From Christensenella sp. UBA6094 (GTDB taxonomy: Bacteria; Bacillota; Clostridia; Christensenellales; UBA6094), in assembly GCA_002435915.1 (NCBI GenBank), contig DIWY01000001.1:324060-388059 (forward strand): a DNA stretch of 64,000 nucleotides, written 5' to 3'. A program made the translations under genes and the position numbers. Shown here one piece after another: positions 1 through 8,368 of this stretch. The notes beneath the pieces are model-generated. The model worked only from the letters and a program-made list of their open reading frames with translations. It was not told the DNA's origin and made no database searches. Numbering within the stretch: position 1 is the first letter of the stretch; each line of letters opens with the position of its first letter.

Positions 1-1
1 T

Positions 2-322
2 GGAGACATAGAGCAAGCTGTTTCAAAAGCAAGACAGACTGCAACACACATGCTAAAAATTGAGGTAGAAGTAGAGAATTTTGAGCAAATAGAAGAGGCG
101 TTAAGCAGCGGTGCGGATATCATAATGCTTGATAATATGAGCATAGAAGATATGACAAAAGCAGTGAGAATGATAGCTGGAAAAGCGCTTGTCGAGGCAT
201 CAGGAAACATGGGCGATAAGAATCTTAGTGAAGTTGCTAAAACTGGCGTTGATATTATCTCAATTGGTGCGTTAACACATTCTGTACGGGCGATGGATAT
301 TAGTCTACGTTTTTCTTATTAA
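2..322 (+). CDS. nadC: Nicotinate-nucleotide (quinolinate) phosphoribosyltransferase, C-terminal fragment; the 5' end lies outside the window
   Basis: The frame is open from the window edge to the stop at 320-322. The translation (GADIIMLDNM ... VEASGN ... DIISIGALTHS) matches the conserved C-terminal barrel of NadC. Confidence 0.8.
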   Translation, partial: GDIEQAVSKARQTATHMLKIEVEVENFEQIEEALSSGADIIMLDNMSIEDMTKAVRMIAGKALVEASGNMGDKNLSEVAKTGVDIISIGALTHSVRAMDISLRFSY

Positions 323-361
323 ATCGGGTATATCAGCTGTGGATTTTTGTTAGAATTCTAC

Positions 362-398
362 AAAGGCTTTTGGAGAAAACTAAGAGCCTTTTATTTTT
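362..398 (+). terminator. Intrinsic terminator after nadC, member of a conserved hairpin family
   Basis: About 12-bp stem AAAGGCTTTTGG / CTAAGAGCCTTT with loop AGAAAA, followed by a T-run. Confidence 0.7.
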
Positions 399-547
399 CC
401 TATAAATCTTAGAAACACATGAACTTGCTAGGCTATTTTTATCAATTCGTTTTAGAGCAATCTTTAATGGTTAATATTGAAATAGATAGAAGGAATGTTC
501 TAATAAAAGTAAACTTACTTAAGTGATATAGAAGGATGCGGTAATAA

Positions 548-1159
548 ATGAGGTTTGGAAGAAAGTTATATTCAGTCTATGAATCCTATTGGATTCTATA
601 TAAAGGTTTGCGTACAACGAAATATATCTCTAAAGCCAAAAAGGCTGGAGAGTTAAGTTCTGAATTTTTCGAAAGGATCATGCTTGCGGTTACAGAAGTA
701 AATGGTTGCGTTGCTTGCTCTTATGCTCATACAAAAATGGCTTTAGAGGCGGGTATGAGCAATGAAGAAATTCAGAAAATATTAGAGGGAGAATTCGATA
801 ACGTTCCTGAAGAAGAGATTCCAGCAGTACTGTTTGCACAGCACTATGCGGATACAAGAGGAAACCCTTCCAAAGAATCGTGGGAGCGCATTGTAGAGAC
901 CTATGGGCTGCAAAAAGCTGAAGGTATACTTGGAGCTATTCGTATGATTATGATTGGCAATGCATATGGAATAGCCTGGAGTTCATTTTCTGGTCGCTTC
1001 AAAGGCAAAGCAGATAAAAGAAGCAGTCTTCTTTACGAAATAAGCATGGTCTTAGCAACGATATTATTTATTCCAATAGTTCTAGTGCATGTTTTACTTT
1101 CTGCGTTGTTTAGAGTGCCAATAATAAGCCTTAAGCAAAGCGAGGCTCATTCAGCATAA
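548..1159 (+). CDS. Carboxymuconolactone decarboxylase (AhpD-like) family protein with a C-terminal hydrophobic segment
   Basis: 203-aa ORF. The motif VNGCVACSYAH is the CxxC..H signature of the CMD/AhpD fold. GAAGGA lies upstream of the ATG. Confidence 0.7.
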   Translation: MRFGRKLYSVYESYWILYKGLRTTKYISKAKKAGELSSEFFERIMLAVTEVNGCVACSYAHTKMALEAGMSNEEIQKILEGEFDNVPEEEIPAVLFAQHYADTRGNPSKESWERIVETYGLQKAEGILGAIRMIMIGNAYGIAWSSFSGRFKGKADKRSSLLYEISMVLATILFIPIVLVHVLLSALFRVPIISLKQSEAHSA

Positions 1160-1280
1160 AGAATTTCATATATTATAAAGTCAATACAAAAGTTTATTAG
1201 CTTGGATGCTTGTCTAAAATATTCATATTTGCTAAGTCAATTTTAAGCACATATGATATCGGACTTTGCGCCCAAGTTTT

Positions 1281-1763
1281 TTATTGCTCGCTTGTATGCT
1301 CGAATCTATATTGATAATACTGCGTAAGTACATCAGGATTTTCCTCGATAAAATGAAGGAAAGTATCTATGCATTCAATAGTTTTAGTGCTTACAGTATG
1401 CTCGATCTTTTCTGTTTCTTCTAAAGCGTTTGTTTCATCAACGCCAATAATCTTAATGAAGTTTTCAATGATATTGTGGCGTTTTAATAACTCACTACCT
1501 AACAGCTTGCCGTTTTCTTCTAATATTAGAACTCCATATTTCTCATATTTAATAAGTTTTAATTCGGCTAACCGCTGAACCATTTTTGTGGCAGAAGGTG
1601 GTCGCACGTTAAGCGCACTCGACAGCTCGTGTATACGTGTAAAACCAGTATCAACAGATAGTCTGTAAATCATTTCTAGATAATCTTCCATGGAAGCAGT
1701 TAAACTTTTATTTTCTTTTTTCATATATTGCTTAAATGTATAAAAATAATCATTGTTATTCAA
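1281..1763 (-). CDS. mntR: DtxR/MntR-family manganese-responsive transcriptional repressor
   Basis: SMEDYLEMIYRL ... RIHELSSALNVRPPSATKMVQRL ... HTVS is a typical MntR N-terminal wHTH plus metal-binding helix. TTG start with GGTGA 6 nt upstream. Divergent from mntH. Confidence 0.8.
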   Translation of the reverse strand: MNNNDYFYTFKQYMKKENKSLTASMEDYLEMIYRLSVDTGFTRIHELSSALNVRPPSATKMVQRLAELKLIKYEKYGVLILEENGKLLGSELLKRHNIIENFIKIIGVDETNALEETEKIEHTVSTKTIECIDTFLHFIEENPDVLTQYYQYRFEHTSEQ

Positions 1764-1844
1764 ATCAATTCACCAGCTTAATTTTATAGGTCTATTAAAT
1801 GTATATTCCTTGCCAATTGTTAAAATTCATCCGTGTAACAATTT

Positions 1845-1856
1845 TAGGCGCGCCTA
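1845..1856. promoter_or_regulatory. Perfect 12-bp palindrome TAGGCGCGCCTA in the mntR/mntH divergent region; candidate MntR operator
   Basis: A GC-rich perfect palindrome embedded in AT-rich intergenic DNA, 87 nt upstream of the mntH ATG. Confidence 0.5.
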
Positions 1857-1942
1857 CATATTTTATACGAGGAAAACAAACTTAGCTAAAACTAATATAT
1901 TTTTTAGACATTCTAAAAGACTGTTGTAAGGTGACAATAATA

Positions 1943-3247
1943 ATGAGAAGTGAAGATAATATTATTAAGGTGGATACTAGAAGCCTTGATAGAATAAAAG
2001 AAAAGAATTTATATCATGAAGTAAAGTTCTCAAAGAAAATAAAAGAGATAATGAGATACTTGGGGCCTGCGTTTATTGTAAGCGTTGCCTATATTGATCC
2101 AGGTAATTTTGCTACAAATATTAGCGGAGGCTCAAAATTTAATTATGCGCTGATATGGGTTATTTTGTGGAGTAATATAATGGCTATATTTTTGCAAACA
2201 ATGTCCGCCAAATTAGGGATTGCAACAGGACACAACCTTCCTCAAATGTGCTCGAAAGTGTTTTCGAGGCGAGCGAATTGGGCGTTTTGGGTTGTTGCTG
2301 AAATAGGAGCCATGGCAACTGATCTAGCAGAATTTCTTGGCGGAACTGTAGGATTTTATTTATTGTTTCATATCCCCATGTTCTACGCTGGTCTATTAAC
2401 GGGAGTGATAACTTTTATCATCTGTTATATGGAGAAATATGGCCAAAAAGCTGTCGAATTTATTATTACAGTGCTTGTAGCTGTAATTAGTATTTCATAC
2501 TTAATTGTAATCTTTCTGGCTAAGCCAGATTGGGGCCAAGTGGGGCTCAATACTATAATTCCATCCTTACCAAATGGTGAGGCATTCTTTATAGCTATTG
2601 GAATGCTCGGAGCAACTGTTATGCCGCACGTAATCTATCTGCATTCACAATTAGTTCAATGTAGGTGCGAAGGAGATAGTGACGAATGTAAAAAAAAGCA
2701 TCTTAAAATGGAGAAGATCGATATTATAGTTGCGATGAATATTGCGTTTTTGGTAAACGCTGCAATGGTAGTCGTATCTGCAGCGGTGTTTTACAAAAAT
2801 GGAATGGTAGTTAGCACATTAGAACAAGCACATGGCACATTAGAGCCATTATTGGGATCAATGTCTAGCGGTGCCTTTGGAATAGCTCTTATTGCATCAG
2901 GACTATCCTCATCAGCAGTAGGAACAATGGCTGGTCAAGTAATAATGGATGGGTTCGTCAACATAAGCATTCCTGTTAATCTGAGAAGAATTATTACTAT
3001 GCTACCGGCTCTTATAATAATAGGCTTAGGAATAAATCCGATGTATGCACTAGTTTTAAGTCAGGTCGCTTTAAGCTTTATACTTCCAGTGCCAATCATA
3101 CAAATGCTCAAGATTTCTCAGCGCAAAGATCTGATGGGGAATTTCGCAAATAAACCGTTTACTACGGTTATTGGGATACTAATAGCAATTATTGTTATAG
3201 CACTTAATGCTATCCTGTTATACCTAACATTTACTGGTAGTATTTAA
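1943..3247 (+). CDS. mntH: Nramp-family divalent metal (Mn2+/Fe2+) transporter
   Basis: YIDPGNFATNISGGSKFNY and ATVMPHVIYLHS are Nramp signatures. The protein is multi-TM. AAGGTGA lies 8 nt before ATG 1943; the GTG at 1931 sits inside that RBS. Confidence 0.9.
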   Translation: MRSEDNIIKVDTRSLDRIKEKNLYHEVKFSKKIKEIMRYLGPAFIVSVAYIDPGNFATNISGGSKFNYALIWVILWSNIMAIFLQTMSAKLGIATGHNLPQMCSKVFSRRANWAFWVVAEIGAMATDLAEFLGGTVGFYLLFHIPMFYAGLLTGVITFIICYMEKYGQKAVEFIITVLVAVISISYLIVIFLAKPDWGQVGLNTIIPSLPNGEAFFIAIGMLGATVMPHVIYLHSQLVQCRCEGDSDECKKKHLKMEKIDIIVAMNIAFLVNAAMVVVSAAVFYKNGMVVSTLEQAHGTLEPLLGSMSSGAFGIALIASGLSSSAVGTMAGQVIMDGFVNISIPVNLRRIITMLPALIIIGLGINPMYALVLSQVALSFILPVPIIQMLKISQRKDLMGNFANKPFTTVIGILIAIIVIALNAILLYLTFTGSI

Positions 3248-3294
3248 CGAATATATTCAGCATAATTATAAGGTCTAAATTCAAAATTGCATAT

Positions 3295-3330
3295 AAAAAA
3301 GGGCTTAAAGAGAAATCTTAGAGCTTTTTT
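3295..3330 (+). terminator. Intrinsic terminator after mntH, hairpin-family member
   Basis: A-run, then GGCTTAAAG-AGAAAT-CTTAGAGC, then TTTTTT. Confidence 0.6.
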
Positions 3331-3489
3331 AGCATATTTATGTTTCTGGCAAATTCCAACATATGAGTAAGATACAAGCCATAGATATAAATGATAAGCT
3401 ATTTACAAATAGAAGCAAAAGAGTAATAATTTAATTATTACTAACAATCTACTAGATTGATTATCGTTATTATGTAAAGGAAGAAAATT

Positions 3490-4767
3490 ATGTTAGATTA
3501 TTTAAAGATCGCCACAGAGCAAGAAGATTACATCATTTCTCTAAGAAGAGAGTTGCACAGGTTTCCTGAAGTTTCAAGCAAAGAAGAACGGACAGTCTCT
3601 CGTATATGTGAAGAGCTAGATAAAATGGGAATACCATATATAAATGTTCCTAACGGAGGCGTGTTTGCATTTCTGGGAGACGAAAAGAGAGGTAAGACTG
3701 TACTATTAAGAGCTGATGTTGATGCATTACCAATACAAGAGAGTGATGTAAACGGGGGCGGAAAAAAGAAGCCGGTTGTATCAGAAAACCCTGGGGTTGC
3801 ACACACTTGTGGCCATGACTGCCATACTGCAATGCTATTAGGTGCTGCAAAAGCTCTGTCGGTAAGACAAGAAGAGATAAACGGCCGAATAGTTTTAATG
3901 TTTGAAAGAGGAGAAGAAGGCACAGGTAACCTTGTTTATCTTCACAAATGGGCTTTTGAAAATAAAATGCATGTAGATACCAGTTTTGGTATGCATGTAT
4001 TTACATTTCTTCCCAAGAATACGATCCATGTCTTTGAGGATATAGCAATGGCTGGAGTATTGGGATTTCAAGTTAAAATCATTGGTAAAACGTCACATGG
4101 GTCTGAACCAAATGTTGGCATTAGTCCAATAGATTGCTTCGTATCAATGTATAATTCCATTCAGTCTTTGCGAATGAAATATGCTTCTCCATTCAATCCT
4201 ATGGTATTTTCAGTAGGGCAGGTACAGGCAGGAAGTGCACTCAATATCATTCCTGCAGTACTTAGTTTTGGAGGAACATTCCGTATATATGACCGAGAAG
4301 ACGCATTAAGAGTCAAAGCAGAACTAGAAAAAACTATTTTAGAAACAGCGAAAACGTATAATTGCACAGCAGAATCCGATATATTTGGGCCAACTTTAGG
4401 GTTAGTAAATGATAAAGAATGCTCATTGTTTGCCAAAAAAATCTTTTCTGAATCTTTTGGAGAGGATGTTATGGTGGATCATAACCCATTAATGGGTGGC
4501 GAAAGCCACAGCTTAACTGGGAAAATATGGCCTGGAACATTTATAATGCTTGGAGTAAATGACAAGGAAGCAGGTATTACTGCATCGGGACATCATGAAT
4601 GTTTTGATGCGGCAGAGGAATCGTTAAAACTTGGTGCTGCTGCTCATATGTGCTATGCACTAGAGTTTTTAAAAGACGGACCTGAAACTGATGATAGAAT
4701 TTACAAAGGCGATATTAAAGAGTTTTACGAGCAGTATAGCGAAAGATCCTTGTACGCTTTTGAATAA
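3490..4767 (+). CDS. M20-family amidohydrolase / N-acyl-amino-acid deacylase-type peptidase
   Basis: 425 aa. LRADVDALPIQE and HTCGHDCHTAMLLGAAKAL are M20D metal-binding motifs. AAGGAAG RBS. Confidence 0.85.
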   Translation: MLDYLKIATEQEDYIISLRRELHRFPEVSSKEERTVSRICEELDKMGIPYINVPNGGVFAFLGDEKRGKTVLLRADVDALPIQESDVNGGGKKKPVVSENPGVAHTCGHDCHTAMLLGAAKALSVRQEEINGRIVLMFERGEEGTGNLVYLHKWAFENKMHVDTSFGMHVFTFLPKNTIHVFEDIAMAGVLGFQVKIIGKTSHGSEPNVGISPIDCFVSMYNSIQSLRMKYASPFNPMVFSVGQVQAGSALNIIPAVLSFGGTFRIYDREDALRVKAELEKTILETAKTYNCTAESDIFGPTLGLVNDKECSLFAKKIFSESFGEDVMVDHNPLMGGESHSLTGKIWPGTFIMLGVNDKEAGITASGHHECFDAAEESLKLGAAAHMCYALEFLKDGPETDDRIYKGDIKEFYEQYSERSLYAFE

Positions 4768-4837
4768 TAATTGATAGTAAAAAGATACGAGAATTGCTTA
4801 ATATATTTTTTTCATTTAGTAATTTATATCTGCAGTT

Positions 4838-4866
4838 TTGCTATATTTCAAGGCGCGTGATATACT
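4838..4866 (+). promoter_or_regulatory. Strong sigma-A-like promoter (TTGCTA-N17-TATACT with TG extended -10) with no annotated gene immediately downstream
   Basis: TTGCTA at 4838-4843, TGA at 4858-4860, TATACT at 4861-4866. Confidence 0.5.
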
Positions 4867-4930
4867 GCATATATAGGATTGTTTTTTCAACAGCCAGACT
4901 CCATTGTCAAATGAATATTAGGGATTATAG

Positions 4931-4967
4931 AGCGGGAAACTCAGTTTGAGTTACCCGCTATTTTTTT
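4931..4967 (+). terminator. Intrinsic terminator ending a roughly 95-nt promoter-proximal transcript (candidate sRNA or attenuator)
   Basis: AGCGGGAAACTC / GAGTTACCCGCT stem with one mismatch, followed by TATTTTTTT. Confidence 0.65.
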
Positions 4968-4998
4968 ATCTTTATAATATAAGAAAGAGGTGTTCAAT

Positions 4999-5109
4999 AT
5001 GGGAGATAAAAGTCCAAAAAACAAAGAAAAGAAAAAACTAAAAAAGGGTGCTGATAAGAAAAAAATTGCCCCAGTATCTGTGTTGTCCTCAGATAATAAA
5101 TCTAAATAA
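4999..5109 (+). CDS. Possible 36-aa lysine-rich micro-protein (MGDKSPKNKEKKKLKKGADKKKIAPVSVLSSDNKSK)
   Basis: ATG preceded by AAGAAAGAGGTG at good spacing. It is below the ORF-track size cutoff and I recognise no homology. Confidence 0.25.
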   Translation: MGDKSPKNKEKKKLKKGADKKKIAPVSVLSSDNKSK

Positions 5110-5395
5110 AGTTATTGGTCGAAATAATGTTTTCATAGTTAAATGAAATAGAATTATTTAAAGCACTTTTAGGAATATTAATATAAGCAGTGAGATGAGA
5201 TTAATTAATGCTATTATCACATTGAACTGTTTTTTTAATATGCTCTAAGTTAGTTCTTCTAAATTTTGAATACATTAATGGGATGCAAATGAAACATCAG
5301 CTTTTATTTGCAAGGAGTCATTAACAGCTTGAATTTTTGATAAATAATTTTAATATTTGCAGCTTACACTAAAGAAAAATAAGGAGAAAAACAAT

Positions 5396-5620
5396 ATGAT
5401 AGATCCGCCAATCGATGAATTAATGGAAAAAGTTGATAATAGTTATACACTATGTGTTGTAATATCAAAAAGAGCAAAAGAAATAAACAATGGGGCAAGA
5501 CTGCTTACAGAATGTGATTCTAATAAAGCTGTTTCTATTGCTGCTCATGAGTTTAATGAAGAGAGATTTACTTATATTAAACCAAAATTGACCGCAAATA
5601 GACACGGAAGTAAAGTATAA
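5396..5620 (+). CDS. rpoZ: DNA-directed RNA polymerase omega subunit-like protein
   Basis: MIDPPIDELMEKVDNSYTLCVVISKRAKEINNG follows the RpoZ N-terminal pattern (P.I..L......RY.L....KRA.). AAGGAG lies 9 nt before ATG 5396. Confidence 0.65.
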   Translation: MIDPPIDELMEKVDNSYTLCVVISKRAKEINNGARLLTECDSNKAVSIAAHEFNEERFTYIKPKLTANRHGSKV

Positions 5621-5654
5621 ACCTCGAAAATAAAGCATACAAAATCAACACATG

Positions 5655-5683
5655 ACCATCTCTCATAAGAAGGTGGTTTTTTT
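5655..5683 (+). terminator. Intrinsic terminator after the rpoZ-like gene
   Basis: ACCATCT..AGAAGGTGGT hairpin followed by TTTTTTT. Confidence 0.6.
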
Positions 5684-5688
5684 GTGCA

Positions 5689-5881
5689 AATTATAACATT
5701 GACGTTCAGGTGAGGATGAATATTTTCTTTATTACAAGGTTATACGAAACGAATTTAATTTATTATCGAAAAGAAAACATGGCCTACAAAAAGTGTGCTT
5801 CGTTAATATGAAAATATGAAGTTGGACATGTAGATTCGTACTGATGCTGCGAACAGATTGTATTCTGACGATGGTATTTAA
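5689..5881 (+). pseudogene. Decayed duplicate of the merR promoter/operator plus the first ~48 codons of the merR gene at 6461
   Basis: Aligns with 6401-6605 and shows exact runs at constant offset 726: GATTCGTACTGATGC (5833-5847 = 6559-6573) and ACAGATTGTATTCTGACGATG (5853-5873 = 6579-6599). In the aligned frame there are stops TAA 5804-5806, TAG 5831-5833 and TAA 5879-5881. Confidence 0.7.
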
Positions 5882-5955
5882 AAAAATTAACTAATAAAAG
5901 CCACTATCTGGTGGTCATCTAAATCTTAAATATTTAAATTAATAGATTTTAAAAA

Positions 5956-5989
5956 GCAAAAACGGTAAGATAATTATTACCGTTTTTGC
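5956..5989 (-). terminator. Terminator hairpin downstream of the SASP gene
   Basis: GCAAAAACGGTAA / TTACCGTTTTTGC perfect 13-bp stem whose arms contain the A/T runs. Confidence 0.7.
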
Positions 5990-6005
5990 GACTGGGAAAG
6001 TTAAT

Positions 6006-6179
6006 TTACGCGTTATTGTCTGCGTATCTGTTTGCTATTTCTATAGCCTTACTTACCATATTGCCACAATCTCTTGATGAAACATCGCCCCAACCATTTG
6101 ATTTAACTTTTTCGGATACACCAAGTTCATTTGCAATTTCGTATTTCAAATTTTCAGACATTATACTATGTCTAGCCAT
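6006..6179 (-). CDS. Alpha/beta-type small acid-soluble spore protein (SASP)
   Basis: MARHSIMSENLKYEIANELGVS...GDVSSRDCGNMV matches the clostridial alpha/beta SASP pattern. GAAGGGGG RBS before the ATG at 6179. Confidence 0.85.
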   Translation of the reverse strand: MARHSIMSENLKYEIANELGVSEKVKSNGWGDVSSRDCGNMVSKAIEIANRYADNNA

Positions 6180-6404
6180 TTTAAATTCCCCCTTCATTCA
6201 TTACTATTAAAATATTAATGAACAGTATTATTTTGCCCAAAACAAAAAAATATAAGATAGCAAATTCTTTCAATTATAAAATGAAACTTAAAGAATTGTT
6301 CTATAATACAATCAGAGCTTGATAATTAAGCTATTAGTTTGAAAATAATTCATTCAATAACAAATTTTTAAATTAATAAGTTATTGAATTCTTTGAACAA
6401 ACTA

Positions 6405-6446
6405 TAACCTTGACGTTAAGGTTAAGGATGGGTATAATCGTAATTA
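6405..6446 (+). promoter_or_regulatory. merR promoter with overlapping dyad (AACCTTGACGTTAAGGTT) and TATAAT
   Basis: TTGACG at 6410-6415 and TATAAT 17 nt downstream. The imperfect palindrome AACCTT-N6-AAGGTT spans the -35 element. Confidence 0.55.
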
Positions 6447-6460
6447 TGAGGTGATATTAA

Positions 6461-6868
6461 ATGGATTTAATATATTATCAGATAGAGGAGGTCGCACAGA
6501 AGACAGGGCTTACAAAACGTGCGCTCCGTTATTATGAAGATATGAAGCTGGTCACCCCGATTCGTACTGATGCCGGGTACAGATTGTATTCTGACGATGA
6601 TATTTCGGAGATTTTAAGGATCCGAGAATTAAGAGATAGCTTGGGTTTCAGTTTAAATTCGATAAAAGAAAGTCTGGACTTGCAGAATACTCTTAAGGAG
6701 ATACTCAGCCAAAGTAATGGCGATCCAATCGTAATAAAAAAATCTATCGAAGAAGTTGAGAAACAGATTAAGCTTATCAGCGAGAAAGAAATAGCTCTAT
6801 CGAATGTGAAAAACAAATACGAAGTTGTACTTAAACAACTCGTTGAGCTTTTGCAAAGGTGCGAATAA
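6461..6868 (+). CDS. MerR-family transcriptional regulator
   Basis: YQIEEVAQKTGLTKRALRYYEDMKLVTPIRTDAGYRLYSDDDI is a canonical MerR HTH, followed by a coiled-coil C-terminus. Confidence 0.85.
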   Translation: MDLIYYQIEEVAQKTGLTKRALRYYEDMKLVTPIRTDAGYRLYSDDDISEILRIRELRDSLGFSLNSIKESLDLQNTLKEILSQSNGDPIVIKKSIEEVEKQIKLISEKEIALSNVKNKYEVVLKQLVELLQRCE

Positions 6869-7022
6869 CTCTTTAAAGCAAAAAATGTTATAGTAATAAA
6901 TTTGATTGCCCTTATATATTTGGGTGCCAACAGTATCAATATTTATCTAAATTTTAAGCAGCAAGTTGCATGACAATGAGTAAACTGTTAGTTGAAATTT
7001 AACAAGGAGCAGAATGTAAAAT

Positions 7023-8291
7023 ATGTCAAACATGGTTTCGGGCGGGAAATTTCTTTCGGGATTTCCAGCGTTACAGCATCGTAATTTTAGGCTGTTCTGG
7101 TTTGGTCAGTGCATATCATTAATTGGCACATGGATGCAGAATATTGGTCAAGCGTGGCTAGTACTACAACTTACTAACTCTGCTCTTCAACTAAGCATTG
7201 TAAACATGATGCAGTTTTTACCTATGATGCTTTTTTCTCTTTATGCAGGTACATTAGTCGACAGATTTCCAAAACGAAAAGTACTTATTATTACACAAAG
7301 CATTCTTTTGGTTTTAGCACTAATTCTTGCGACTATTACATATTTAGGTGTTGTGCAGTATTGGCACATACTAATACTTGCATTGCTTTTAGGTTGCGTT
7401 AATACCATAGATATGCCAACTAGGCAATCGTTCATCATTGAGATGGTCGGAAAAGAAGACTTAATGAATGCAATTGCTTTGAATTCTAGCGTAGTTAATC
7501 TTGCAAGAATAGTAGGTCCTGCTGTAGCAGGCATACTAATAGGTCTTGTGGGCATGTCAATGTGCTTTTATATTAACGCTGCAAGTTTTATAGCAGTAAT
7601 TGCAGGGCTATCTATGATTAAAATTGATGCGCCTGAGATGACAAAAAAACGTATCGGTGAGACAAGGCATATTATGGCTGATATAAAAGAAGGACTTCAT
7701 TATATTGGCGAAAATAAAATAATAAAACAGCCACTGCTTTTGCTTGCTATCATAAGTGCATTCGTTATGAATTTTAATGTTATGATCCCTGTTTTTGCAC
7801 AGCAGAACCTTGGCCAGAGTGCAACAGGTTACGGCTTTTTGATGACATGCATGGGAGCTGGATCGTTTATCGGAGCGCTAACACTTGTTGCAAAAAGTAA
7901 AGCTGGACCAAAACTAAAATATCTTGTGGCTGGAGCATTTGGAATGTCACTGTTTTTTGCAGTGTTAGGCCTGGAGACCAATTATTTGCTAGCTTGTATA
8001 ACGTTGTTTGTTATAGGTTTCTGTTCAATCACATTTACTGCATCAGTTAACTCCACAATCCAAATAAATTCTGTAGATCATATGCGCGGTCGTGTTATGA
8101 GCGTATTTACATTGGTTTTCGCGGGAGTAACGCCGTTAGGTAGCCTTTACGCAGGCAACTTAACTGAACTCACTAGTGCGCCTGTATGTATGGTAGTAAG
8201 TGGAATTATTGGAATCGCCGCAGCTTTATATACTATATTTGTGCTTCGGAAAGCACGCCCGTCTGTAGGGATAACTGCTGAGCAGATATAG
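7023..8291 (+). CDS. MFS transporter (efflux-type, 12 TM), probably controlled by the upstream MerR
   Basis: 422-aa hydrophobic protein. LVDRFPKRKVL is a loop 2-3 type MFS motif. AAGGAG RBS. Confidence 0.85.
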   Translation: MSNMVSGGKFLSGFPALQHRNFRLFWFGQCISLIGTWMQNIGQAWLVLQLTNSALQLSIVNMMQFLPMMLFSLYAGTLVDRFPKRKVLIITQSILLVLALILATITYLGVVQYWHILILALLLGCVNTIDMPTRQSFIIEMVGKEDLMNAIALNSSVVNLARIVGPAVAGILIGLVGMSMCFYINAASFIAVIAGLSMIKIDAPEMTKKRIGETRHIMADIKEGLHYIGENKIIKQPLLLLAIISAFVMNFNVMIPVFAQQNLGQSATGYGFLMTCMGAGSFIGALTLVAKSKAGPKLKYLVAGAFGMSLFFAVLGLETNYLLACITLFVIGFCSITFTASVNSTIQINSVDHMRGRVMSVFTLVFAGVTPLGSLYAGNLTELTSAPVCMVVSGIIGIAAALYTIFVLRKARPSVGITAEQI

Positions 8292-8314
8292 AGTTTAGAA
8301 TAGATAGTATTATA

Positions 8315-8346
8315 AAAAGACCTCTGTTTTGTTACAGAGGTCTTTT
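8315..8346. terminator. Bidirectional terminator between convergent MFS and M20 genes
   Basis: AAAAGACCTCTG / CAGAGGTCTTTT perfect stem with A/T flanks. Confidence 0.8.
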
Positions 8347-8368
8347 GTTATTTAAATTAATATAAATT

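Noticed and set aside
1369-1578. 69-aa plus-strand ORF
   Set aside because: It is antisense to the well-supported mntR gene.
3422-3442. AGTAATAAT-TTA-ATTATTACT dyad upstream of the first M20 amidohydrolase gene, considered as an operator
   Set aside because: It is made almost entirely of A/T in an AT-rich spacer, no adjacent regulator gene exists, and chance occurrence is plausible.
5986-6210. 74-aa plus-strand ORF
   Set aside because: It lies directly opposite the SASP gene, which has an RBS, a terminator and an unmistakable SASP sequence. The plus-strand translation has no recognisable features.
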